In this document: in pieces, positions 40,701 through 60,394 of the stretch
Position numbering within the stretch: the stretch's first letter is position 1
Layout of the letters: the number at the start of each line of letters is the position of its first letter
From: Strigamia acuminata
Taxonomy: Eukaryota
Direction of reading: 5' to 3'
Assembly (NCBI GenBank): GCA_949358305.1
Contig: OX442314.1
Location: 18,724,001 to 18,788,000, forward strand
DNA length: 64,000 nt
Position numbers and translations under genes: made by a program
The notes under the pieces: generated by a model
Seen by the model: only the letters and a program-made list of their open reading frames with translations
Told to the model about the DNA's origin: nothing
Database searches by the model: none

Positions 40701-43700
40701 GAAGAGAAGATGAATGTCATTTACAACACGTGGATAAGCTTAGACGATGATGACAAAGAGGATTACATTAAGAAAGCATTGCGATTAAACTACGCTGAGC
40801 GAGAAAAAATGGAAGAAACTGTTAAAAATAAAGCAAATGGGGATACCCTCACCATGTAACATCTTTAATTATAATATATTATTTTTGTACGAATTCTTAT
40901 AGTTTTTACTTTTATATAGAAATAACAACATTTAATATCTAATTTAATTATTCATTTAAAAATGTATAAGTGTAAAATGTATAAATGTATTTGCTGGGGA
41001 GGCTTTTAGCGTGTTAAGTTACACAATTTACACATTGTGGGCCATCAAGTAGAATATCACCATTGATAATGTGTAAGGAAAGGAGAAATATAATAGATAT
41101 TAATGGTCTTGATCAGTAAATGCAGGAAATTACGACAGTTAAAGATTGATTTTTGCACTTCAATTTATGCTGATAATTTTATTTTAATTTTGGTATTTAT
41201 ACATTGTGAGTACTTACCAAGTTATGTCTTCAGTGTGGCCCAAGTAATGCCTCTGCCTGTGTTTGATTTTGTCGTATATAACAGCCACAGTCGCAACATA
41301 GTATATCAATTCTCCAGTAGCTAGAATCTTGAGGTTGTCCTTGGAGTCATAACCACGGTACCCATATCTAATTTTACTTAAGAAAAAGTGTAGGCAGAAT
41401 TTGTTTATAATGTCTTTGTTTTTGTTTTAAAATAATTATGAGCACACTCAGACGACAAAACGGCCAAAAACATCAGAAACCGTTTTAAAAATGTACATTT
41501 TAAATTTTAATTTAACAAGTCGCATATTCGATTCAGATTGTGTTAATTTATATTCGTATTAATGATTTTGCTCTTCCCTTCCCTGTGCGAAACATTCATT
41601 GATTTTTTTTCCTCTTTCTATGTTAAAACTGTTTACAATTATTTGTATGTTGCTAAGCAACAAGTCAATTAAAGTCAAGTTCATCGATCCCAATTTTCAG
41701 TAGTCTTTATGTCTTGCGCACGAGAAATTTAAAGATTTTACGAGTCTTGGACAACTAATTGTGTTTTAAACACTTAATTAAATTGAAAAACTCACATTTC
41801 TACATTAAAAGGCCAATAAACTGAAACGTTACCAATGTTCATCTATTATCTTAAATTAAATTCCATGTAAAAGGTAAAACTAATTAAAAATTTTAATTTA
41901 TGCCACATTTGATATACCCGAGCAAACAACACCCAAGATTGATCAAAAGGATACACCCAATCCAACTTGAGAAACTTCTCCGGAGCTGATAAATCACTTC
42001 GCAGTCGTTGATGTAAGGGAGGATAAAAATCACGCCGAGCGCCATTAATCAAAACCCGAACAGGAGCTACTGACGATTCATAAATTTCGTTCGGAGGTGA
42101 AGGAAAGGGCAGCACGGTTTCACCATTTTCGTCATTTGGAGTTTCATCTGAAAGAATTAAACATGAAATAAGTATCGCACAAAGAGTTAATTACAGGAAA
42201 TAATGGCACACACTAATCAAGTAAAAGTTTGTAAATATATAACGTATAATTTCATGCCAATCCGTTTGAATGAATGTTGTTTTAATCGACAATACAAGAT
42301 CCGCCCCTTCCTCATTATCTTGTCCAATGTACTGAAGTGTAGACCCGAAGATTTTTCGATCTGTTTTTGCGCTTACAGAGTAATATGTAATGCAGTGAAG
42401 CAAAACTCGCATTAACGAAAAAAATTCGAGTTCCTTTTCGATATTAGAAATATTTAAATTTCATCGAGTAGATTTTTTTTGCATAACAAAAAATAAACAA
42501 AATTAATGAATTCAAAAAAACAAAAATTGTCTTAACCTAAAACTTATTCGCTAAATTAAAAATAAAAATAAAACTTACGTTTTTGTGTGGCGTTTGACGA
42601 GTTTGAAGACTTAAAGTAAATAAAATTGCAACTTTTTCTAGGCGATATAAACGTTTTATTTTTAGATCTAAAAAATGACGTATTACAATAACAAAAAACT
42701 GTATTAATGCTTAAACTTAGATATTAATTACATTTGATTATTTTATAACTTAGCACCACACACACACACAAAATTAAAATGAATTATAAAAAAAAAACGA
42801 AATCATGCTCAAACTTAAAAAAATTGTAGCTTGACTAGCATTATTTATTCCATTACTGGAATCGTCTTATAAAACATAAAACAAGTATATAACATGCACA
42901 ATGTAAAAAAAAAGCAAAACAAAAATAAAAACAAAAATAAAATGTAAAAAAACTACACAGAATGAGGTCCTTCTTGTTACTATATACTACAGTCTGTGTA
43001 AAAGTTTCCTTCTTAACTCAAATCAGTTTCACGTCGCTCCTTTCTTCCATTTAAAAAAATGTTTATCTGCTTTATAGCATCCACTTTAGCGTCGCTTGGC
43101 AAACCCTGCATCACAAATTGTCTACTTTTATGGCCGATTTATTACAACGTAATCATTGCATACAACAAAAAAATTCCTTCCAATTTCAACTTGGATTTTA
43201 AATTAGTAATAAGAAGTAGTAAATGTGACATTGCAAAAACTTAATTCATAACTACTGTATTTCTTTTTAAATCACTTAATTGCTATTTTTTTTTAAAAAA
43301 AAAAAATTACTCCGTACTTAATTACTATTTTTGAAATCACTTAATTGTATTTTTTTAAAATCACTTAATTACTAATTTTATTTTTTTTAAAACACTCAAT
43401 TTACTATTTTTTATTTTTTTTTAATCATTTAATTTACTATTTTTTATTTTTATTTTTAAATGTCACAATGAATATATTTTCTTTGAATTAATGATAATAT
43501 TCCGGATTTAAAGGTAGCACAGCCCTGTCCCCCCGCCGTCCCTTCGACTCGTAGGAGTACATACCTCTGTCCCCGGGGACGGGAGGGGCACTGCCGGGTC
43601 GCTTACCCCTCTTGTCTCGTTGATGGTCGTACACATCGTCGAGAGATCGTGAACTTTCTTTCCGGTTGTCGCCTCGTGTTCGTACGAGGTGCGATTCCCC

Positions 43701-46700
43701 AGTATCCAAATAGAAAGTTTCCACGTCTTTGAATTCATTTCGAAGCTGAGAGAAGCTTTTCACCTGTAAATTAATTGCACGAAATGAAAACCCAGGAATT
43801 AATATTATTCATCATTTTACTATTTATTTATCCTAAAATAAAGACAATTTTATTCGAACTAGATAATTTACCCCACTTTGGCATGGTAATTGTAGTATAT
43901 TGCGTCGTTTAACACGAATTGACTTCGTGATTTCTACAACCTAATTTTTCCATTTGTCCACATTTTTTGAAGGCCATATGTCACATTTATTTTGAGAACA
44001 CATTTCATTGGTTTACATTCTACGTGACATCACGAGTAAACGACCAGAATGAGTACAATAATGTGTAATAAAAAAAAGTTGGATAGCACCCAAACTTCTC
44101 AATGATTTTCGCGCGCACATGCTTCCATGCAATCATCAATTAGGCGTCGCTTTACAAAAGGAGACATTTGATCCACCAATTCCACTGCATTATTCCCTTA
44201 CAGTTAAATAAGATTTACCTCTTGCCCATTCACCGTGTACAGATTTTTCGCTCCTTTTAATTTCAATGCCTGTCCGAGATCCTCCAGCACCTCTTCCCAC
44301 GGTTGTGCTGTCCTCAGATTTAATAGAATGCGACTCTAAATTTAAAAAAATATATATAATAATTATTAATAACAATAAATTTTTATTTAAAAATGGATGA
44401 ATGGGGAAAGAGAAAGATGAGGTGATCGTTTTTCATTGAGTTGTTGTTATTGATTTTTTTTCTAGGAGTTTAAGTGCATCTAACTACCATGGAAATCGTC
44501 CAAACGACAAAATCAAACTATAGGTTTTTCTGCCACGTTAACACTTCAACGTGACAACAACTAATTATATAACAGTAAATCTGGCACAAGTTTGTGTTGC
44601 GCGTTAATATTTTATCTTATTTATTAAACCGGGATGATATGGCTTCTTTTGAGTACCAGTTAACACGATAAAGAATATCGATTTATTTCTTAAAAATACA
44701 TTTTTTTAATTTTTATTCTCGAAGCTAGTAGCTTTTGGCCTCGTTTCAATAAATGTTTTGATAAATTGTTTCTTTAATACGAACAAAAAAACGTCTTTTT
44801 CATCAAACTGCGCAAAACAATTATTACTATTTACTGTCCTAGTTGTAATAACCTAGGCCTTAATTTACTCATTCATAAAAAAAAAAATCTAATCTGTAAA
44901 TCTCGGAGAGATGAGATAATTCTTATAAATTGGTTTTCGTGCGCTATAACGCTTAGCCTGATACTTCAACACAATTTTTTTTAGGTCATAGTGCATTTAG
45001 GTCATGTTTAATGATTCCCTCACATAAATTTTTTTTTCTTCTTTCAATATCTAATTTAGTAAATTGACATCAAATAAAAACACAAACTCGTAAAAAGTGA
45101 TTGTGTGACTAATTAAATTCAAGAAAAATACAAAATAAGCTGCAAAATACAAAAAAGTTGGGCTATCTTCACCGAACATCAAACAGTCTCGCAGTTAGTT
45201 AATTAATTCCATAACCGAAATAGAATTCAAACCATTCCATTCAACTTTTCAAACTATTCAATTCATTTGAAACCCAAATTATGTTCCATTATACTCAAGG
45301 TTATTACAATTTTACTGCTCATGCATTTAGTTTTCCTTGGAATCTTGCGTGTAAACATTGCAAACTATTTGAACTGATATTATCGATCATGTAACAAAAT
45401 CAATAATTAGCTCAAGGAAAAAAAAAATTCATATAACCTCTGATTCGACCTACTTGCAAGTAATTACCCACAATTTGGTCACGACAAATGGCTCTTCAAC
45501 TACGTTTATACCCAAACTTGTATAACAATCAAGATTTGCTTATTCAACACGCAACACATTTTTAATGTAGTAAAATTTTATCCAAAACCGTGATTTATAG
45601 CCTAATGTCAAACGTCGCCATTTATTCAAACCGTAAACATGTAATTGAACGTTCGCTCACTCGCACACGTGTTATGTGATTTTGTTTTATTGATTGCCGT
45701 CAGTCTCAAAGATAAGCATCAAAACAATATAAGGCCGAAAAAGTTAATGGCCTTTAAATTCCATTTTATACATTTAAAAAATTAAATTAAATTTAAATTT
45801 GAAATTTTTAATAAATTTAAAAAATTAAATTAAATTTGAAATTTGAAATTTTTAATAAATTTAAAAAATTTAATTAAATTTAAATTTGAAATTTTTAATA
45901 AATTTAAATTTAAATTTAAATAAATTTTTAATAAGGGTAATCAATTTTGAATTTATAACATAAAAAAATGACAAAATTGAGATGCGAGACAGTAAATCTT
46001 TACTTTTTATAATTTATATTATTATTATTATTTGAAATGTTTCTCATGTATTTATGTCATTTTTTTTCTCAAAAGTTAGAAGAAGAAAAAAAAATCAATT
46101 TTTGGTTTCCAACAACTAAAGAACGTTTTTATTTATCTATTCTACGCTAAATCACTCACCTGAATTTTTTGATTCAAGTTATTAATGACTTTAATAACTC
46201 GACCTTCTCGGGACCCTGGCAGCGAGCCATTATAAGGTGCGTCTGGTGACCATCGTTCTCGGACTCCATTAATCTTCTTAACGGGCGGCGATGGTGCTCG
46301 GAATAATTTCAACTCCTCACTTATTGGATTTTCGAATTTGAGATGAGGATTCCACATTTTTTTGTGATCAACTGTGTAATTCAAAGGCTCGAATTTCCGC
46401 CGACTACTACAAACGTAAGACGCCCCGCTTTCGAATTCGTCCAGCCTCCGAATTCGGACACCTTCCACCGTAAAAATATAACGGACGCCTAACGGCAAGT
46501 CCATTCGTGTTGTCAAATAGTTAAAAAGTGCTTCCAAACTAGCAAAATCTCTTCCTGGCCGAAATGATGTTTTGATTCCGGTAAAGAACGGGTCACCATT
46601 TTTATAAAATGTCACCAAACGTGCTCTGTAGTCACGTCCGGTACCGTCAAAAAGAGGATCGTCGTAACCAAATGTTCTCAACGTTCCGCCACGAGTTTTA

Positions 46701-47443
46701 CGACCATGTCTCGTTGTGGGACCAGGTGTTGTCGCTGGTTTTTTTGTCTTGGTTTCCATTCTGTAAAGAAAACAAAAAGTTATACACGTTTTCACTGCAA
46801 CACACGCGTGCTATGCCGCGAAGCAACTTTAAAGGGGTTCAATTTGTGTTGTACAACTACAAATATTCCAAACTTTGGTCAAAAAATTATAATAATTAAA
46901 ATTTCGAAATGTGTCAGTTGTTAGTCAATAAAATAAAAAACCTGGATGAATCATCGCAACTTTACGAAATTTTTTTTTTTTTTTTTTTTAGAAAATTTAA
47001 ACATTTAAACATTTACATTAAGTAACTTACTTGGCATGAGCTTTGATGACAGTCAGCGCTTGCGCTACAGCAGGAATAGCAGGAGGAGGAGGTTTAACTA
47101 ATTCGATCTTCCGAATAGCTTTTTGCACCTCGTGCACCTCATCATGAGCTGAATGTCTGCGCTTGATTTCTGTTTCATGGTGCAGTCCCAATTGGATTTT
47201 CCCATCATGCTCTGCGGGTGGATCAATGGCTTTTTTCACTGTTGCTGTTCCTGGTTTCGGTGGTTTCGGCTCAATCCTAGCTGACTTTGGCTTTGGTGGT
47301 GGGGTTTTGGATCGTCTTCCGGGGGGAATGTACATATGGTCAACGTGAACATGATCGACATGATGGTGGTCTTTCCCAGCTTGTTGCCTTTGAGGAGGCC
47401 GCGGAGGAATGTAAAAGACCGGAAGCGGTAGTTTAGTTGCCAT
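28745..47443 (-). CDS. DCX-EMAP: Doublecortin-domain EMAP-like protein (2 DCX, HELP motif, WD40 repeats)
   Basis: DCX1 [11 protein letters not shown]...YVCSS (46400-46620). DCX2 split over exons at 46160, 44219-44336 ([21 protein letters not shown]) and 43564-43763. HELP motif LKLDWV|YGYRG. WD40 exons 28745-31249 ([22 protein letters not shown]). Confidence 0.9.
31570..33147 (+). CDS. UBF-like HMG-box protein, copy 1 (nested antisense in DCX-EMAP intron)
   Basis: Exon 31570-31633 joins exon 31709-33147 in frame. N-terminal [10 protein letters not shown]...[17 protein letters not shown]...[12 protein letters not shown] resembles the UBF N-terminal domain. HMG box [11 protein letters not shown]...KEIYRRKY plus a degenerate second box near the C-terminus. 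Confidence 0.82.
34488..36022 (+). CDS. UBF-like HMG-box protein, copy 2
   Basis: Exon 34488-34557 joins exon 34632-36022 in frame. [10 protein letters not shown]...[10 protein letters not shown]...[14 protein letters not shown] box [11 protein letters not shown] and a degenerate second box. Confidence 0.82.
36031..36080. repeat. (AATAGT)n microsatellite-like tract in 3' UTR of copy 2
   Basis: Repeated AATAGT/AAT units that are absent at the equivalent position after copy 3. Confidence 0.7.
38260..38818. mobile_element. MITE-like element with poly-C/poly-G inverted termini
   Basis: Left end TATTGGCCCCC..GAAAGACT..CCCCC..AATTTCCCCCCG is approximately the reverse complement of right end CGGGGGGAAAATT..GGGGG..AGTCTTTT..GGGCGAATA. 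Confidence 0.55.
39334..40859 (+). CDS. UBF-like HMG-box protein, copy 3 (recent duplicate of copy 2)
   Basis: Exon 39334-39403 joins exon 39478-40859. Highly similar to copy 2 including intron and UTRs. Frame intact. Confidence 0.82.
41368..41954 (-). other. U12-type (minor spliceosome) GT-AG intron in DCX-EMAP
   Basis: 5' site GTATCCTTT at 41954. Branch-point-like TTTCTTAAG lies about 10 nt before the AG with no polypyrimidine tract. Splicing restores LDWV-YGYRG. Confidence 0.85.
45772..45933. repeat. AT-rich tandem repeat, about 43-bp unit, three to four copies
   Basis: ATTTAAAAAATTAAATTAAATTTAAATTTGAAATTTTTAATAA repeated with minor variants. Confidence 0.8.
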
Positions 47444-48853
47444 ATTTTAATCCTTTTTCTTCACTTTTTGGTCTTATTCCGAAAGGTTGAATTTAAGCTG
47501 CATCCATTTTTCATGTAAATTGGTCGTTACGATTATAAATGCTAATTTATTTCTCATTACATCCGATTTCTGCATAGTTAATAATACATGTAAACCTAGA
47601 ATAAAATAAAAAATAAAAATAAATAAAAGTGCCAATTTCATTTAATTATATCGCTATTTGATATAACTGATGCGCAGTTTTGGTGTGTAAAATTGCAACT
47701 ATTATTATTTCTTAGCAACTTGGATAAATAAAACAAAATATTCTCAGAATTGGTTAATTATTTAACAGTTTAGAGCAATTATGCTCAACGACAAACGCTA
47801 AGCAAATATTACGCTTCTTATTTGCTTAACAAATCGATTATAAGTAGTTTGTATCAATCGTGATACCAGTATACAAAAACAAAAATCCAATATTTTTAAA
47901 ACTATGATAAATACCCAAGAATACTTAGTATTACGACACTGTACAGCCGTAGACAAAAACACATCCCCTGACTACTGTAAAGTCACTGTAACCAAGGAAA
48001 GTTTTTTTTGTCCATGAATGTACATGGATTCGCATTTTAAACATTATTTTTTACACTATTAGTGACTTCTTTAACAAACTATTTCCATTAGAACCAAGCC
48101 AACCCCCAAATGTCATCATTCAATAATTAACTTTTAATTTTACAAAAACAGAATTATTAAACCACGATTTTTTTAAAATGATTGTTAAATTGATATAAAA
48201 TAAAATAAGTAATTCGGTTGTAACTCACCAGAAGAACTAGGAACAAGTGTTTGGTAAAAATTGAGCACCGGTAAGTGAGGGAAACCGTGATAAAATGACC
48301 AGTGGTCATGGTCAGGCAAACTGTTTATCCCGTCTCCTGGACGACCAAACAAGTGAATCGAAAAGAAATTGACCAATCACAAATTAGCCAACAGAGTAAC
48401 GTTACCTTAGACTTGTATGAAATTTTCCGTTGTTTCCTCTTCTTTCTAGAAAATATTGACTGATTAAATCGATGTTATATGAAACAAAACAATTATATAC
48501 TTAACTGAATAAAATATAAAATAAATAAATAATAACTTTTTAAATTGAATCCAGTTGAGTTAGTTTACAAAATAATAACAAATTGGTAACAAATTTGTCG
48601 GATGTAATGATTTGGCTGCTAACTTTGTTGTATGATGTTGCAATAAAAAACAATAAAAATTGATTGCCTATCAATTCATTTATTATTTATGATGATATCA
48701 GGAAATATTTTTTGGCATTTTCTGACATTACACAAGGAAGAAAATCCGTTTATTCAGTTTATGTCATCACTTATTTCGATTTCTATTCAGTTTGGCTAAT
48801 ACAGACGTCATATACCGAAAAACATTTACATATATATATTTTTAATATTTGGT

Positions 48854-51877
<3,024 letters not shown>

Positions 51878-52135
51878 TTATGCACAAAGTACAAGAATAG
51901 AAAGAAGCGCTTTACTTCCTCGTTGGATTTAGGTCATTAAACTGCCTCCAGATGTCAGCTCAAAATGCAAATTTTAAGTTTTGTCAAATTTCCCAAATAA
52001 ATATCGGAAACAAACATCTCGTTTTGTCAGGATATTTTTAAATAATTTATTTAAAAAAATTATGTTGTCATGATTTACAAAAAAATCGTTTTATTCGGAT
52101 TTTATTTTTTTAAATTTATTTAATTTTTTTATTTA

Positions 52136-53177
52136 TTATTCAAATATCTCATCAGATAAATCATTTGTATCGTCACAGTTAATCTCTTTCGTCGTTTTCC
52201 TTTTCTTTTTCTTCGTTTTAATCGGAGAGCAATCGTGGTGATCATTTTTCTTCTTCTTCTTCGGACTTTCTTTTTCACCTCTAGATTCTCTTTTGCGCTT
52301 TTCTGGTGAACCTTCAAAATAAATAACAATAAATCACAACATTGAGCTAGAAGAAAAAATAAACAAATACCCGCTCCAAATGGTTTAAGCCTTTGTCGCA
52401 ATCCTAATGGTAACGCTGCTGAATCCATCCTTTCTTTTTCAAGTTCTTCTAAGTTTACTCGAGGTATTCGTTGAGAATAATTACTTATACTTATATGGCC
52501 TTCAAACTTGATTGGAACTAAAACAATATTATTTATTTTGTTTAACAAATGCGAAGTTGTTAATATCAGACAAACTGAAAGTACCACTTGTAAATTTTTT
52601 GAGGCCTGCACGTGGAACTACAATATTAAATCTCTGAAATAAAGCAACAGATAAAATATCAACGTAATATCGTATTAATAAAACTGATTATGCATACCTC
52701 TAAAGAAGACACTTCTTTTGCCGATGTCACACTACATTCGTATTGTTTGGAATCCTTAAATAAAAATATGAATTTAAATTCGCTGTTTTTGCAAAGTATA
52801 AGCCCAAACTTACGTTCAGTTCTAATTTAGTTTTTTTATTTAATTTAATTTTTTGACCTTTTAAATTTTCCAAAGAAACCTGTAAATTATGAGAGAAATG
52901 ATTAATTAAAAGGTACGTTAATATCACTTTCAAAATTACGTCAGCAGGGATTTTAATCAACCATGCTTCGTGATCTTCATTTTGCAGATCGTCGATTAGT
53001 AAGGTTTCATCTGTGGAACATTCAATTTCTTCAAAGTCCGGCGGTACGGTAAACCTGATAATAAATTATTACCATGAATAAATATAAATGTGATCAGTGA
53101 TGATAAAAATGTAAAAAAAATTAAATTAATTACCGAGTGTTAGTTGTGGTTGAACTTGAAGTCGAGTGGCCATTCAT
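52136..53177 (-). CDS. POLR1G: RNA polymerase I subunit RPA34/PAF49-like
   Basis: RFTVPPDF, EAWLIKIPAD, L.GQKIKL, FEGHISI, LPLGLRQRLKPFG, then a Lys-rich tail. This is the layout of the A34.5 family. Confidence 0.75.
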
Positions 53178-53717
53178 TCTAACAATAATTACTCGGGGAT
53201 CTTAGATTTAACCTTGTCACGGAGTTTGAGTTTTAGTGCTTTTATATGTCAGGGAAATAACACAAACAAAAACGTGCCACTGGTTAGCTCGCGCTGACAC
53301 AGACATGTGGTGGATGGAAGTTGTTAGCAGACGCCATCTATTGGAGAAATAACGAAATACATATTCACATCTTATAAATGAAAATTGAAATGCCAAGGAT
53401 AATTCTTTTATTAATTATTACACAATTATTATTGGAGAAAAAGAAACGTGTAAAACGAATCGAATTCCATTCAATTTAATTTGCAATTACTCATAAGTCT
53501 TGAAATATGGACATTTTTTAAATAATAATTTATACCGTTTGCTTTGAGCTTTGCTGAACTGCAACAAATAAAATGTTTTCGCCAAAATTTTAAGCTTTGT
53601 AAAAAATTGTAGAACAGTTTTAAGGGATTGATCAACAGTTTGAGATTCCTGATAAAAATTTAAAAAGATCAATTTGTGCTTTTACTGAAATGATTTATTT
53701 CGATATATTCACTTCAT

Positions 53718-58537
<4,820 letters not shown>

Positions 58538-58632
58538 ATGGGGACTTATACTACCCGCACATGCACACACCGTGAAACAAAGTGCACACCATATATAACC
58601 GTAAATCAATTTCGTATTTCTTCAATTCTAAG

Positions 58633-58709
58633 CAGGGGCGGATCTAGCCTTTCGGGGGCCCTGGGCTTGAGGCTCAAGCCCAATTAGCCCCTATGTAGAT
58701 CCGCCCCTG
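58633..58709. mobile_element. 77-bp hAT-type miniature element
   Basis: Perfect 14-bp TIR CAGGGGCGGATCTA / TAGATCCGCCCCTG and perfect 8-bp target duplication ATTCTAAG (58625-58632 and 58710-58717). Confidence 0.9.
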
Positions 58710-60394
58710 ATTCTAAGACACACCCAAGCTACCTAGTCCAATTATTGGCAAATGTACCATGTACCCAAACACCTTCCATCGTTCTACAATTTTATTTTAT
58801 TGTGAAGACAATGCTCCGAACAGCCAGCAATTAAAACGGAAAACCATGCAAGTTAAGCTTTAAGTTTAAAAGTACAGACGTTTTTTAATTGTCGTAAATT
58901 TTAAATTGGTGTATTTCCACTGTCTGAGCAGTAAAGAAGTAACTTTTTGGCACTGCAAGAGTTTGAATACTTGCAATCAAAAAATACCTTGTTTCCATCT
59001 GCTGTTTGTTGTTTTCGTTTATATGTTCGCACATCTTCTCATACTTAATAATGTTCCGATTTTCGTCCATTCTAATGTTTTGCTTTTAACTGGTGGCTGA
59101 GGTGGCATTGTTCTTTGAGTATTATTAAAACCAAAAGTAAGTCAAAGATGGGGGGAGGTGAATAATTTGTGCTGTTATAAGATGCATCCCGTTTTTAGAA
59201 TTGTATATCTTGGGGGGAAAGTGTGTCTTAGAATCGAAGAAATATGGTAGTAAACAAATATATAAGTATCTTATGGGCTGCTTTACTGGGCGCGATAATC
59301 ATAAATACGACGGCGCGTTTATGAATAGCACAGATATGATTAAGCGCGACGTCGCCCTTGTGAATAAACTTTTTTTTTTTTTTTTTTTTTTTGATTTTCA
59401 ATAATTTTTTTTTTTTTTTTTTTTTATAGAATTTTGTGACTGCTGTCGGTGTGAACAAGCGCGACATCGTTTACATCCCCCAACGTAACTTATGGAATTG
59501 AATTCCAACCATTACGAAAATTAGCGGCTATGCAGTTTCGAGTTCAAGGGAGCGTTTAAAGAGTGACATGTGAAATCAATTATTTACGTTCTTTCTGTTC
59601 AGAGTTTGGTATGCATATATACGGTACCAATTGTACAGATCCTCTAATTAAGTTATACGTATTTGATCTTAATCCATTAAGTAATACACTCTGCGCAAAT
59701 CCCCGGTAATCCAGGTCTCCTCTGTCGTGACGTGTCTGGTTTCTCTGTCTGGCTTCTCTGCATACGTCGCAAATGCCATAGTGCGACGTCGCGCTCCTGC
59801 ATTAACAACAAACCCATAAAATTTGATGTCGCGCTCATTCATATTATTCAAAACAAAATACATGCATAGGTGCGATTCAAAATGCTGCGCCTATGCATGT
59901 CGCCCCCGTTATACCAGTAGTCAAATTTTACTCACGTTAAATGTTATAATTATTTAATTTGCACTAGATCTAATACTCAGTATATTCCATTTAAACTATT
60001 TAAAATATTGTGCCACATATCGACCACTGTTTTTGTCTCTCAGTACGATATGAGCATTTGTTATTAATTTATGTACTTACCGTATGTTTAGTAGTCAATG
60101 GATTGTTTTCTCCTCTCGAGCCGGCCCTGATGTCTACCCAACTGATTTCTCCGTACCTTTCACAATATCAAATGTTTATTCTTATTTACGTATGAAATAC
60201 AAATACATCTATGTCATATACCGTAATAAAAAAATGTCATAAATCTATCGCAAAATAATTACACTATAAATACTTTACAAACGACCCGTTACACTTGCAC
60301 GAACTTTGTACAAATAAACAATTATATCTACCCGTCTTTTACCTACCTAAAACAGTAATTACACATGACAGTGCAATGCTTTAAAAAGATTACA

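Larger units (their letters stand above)
33426..41204. repeat. Tandem segmental duplication (about 33426-36408 versus 36405-41204, second unit rearranged by insertion)
   Basis: 33430-33845 aligns to 36409-36870, and 34045-36408 aligns to 38865-41204. ACAT is present at all three boundaries. Confidence 0.85.

Noticed and set aside
43265..43460. Degenerate AAATCACTTAATT repeats resembling a spaced array
   Set aside because: Spacers are short poly-T/A tracts in a eukaryotic intron. This is a simple minisatellite, not CRISPR.
44190..44375. ORF track peptide ESHSIKSED...
   Set aside because: Wrong frame. The real exon reads [22 protein letters not shown] (DCX2).
48689..48725. ATGATGA...CTGA box C/D-like pair
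   Set aside because: Too short for a snoRNA, with no terminal stem or evident guide.
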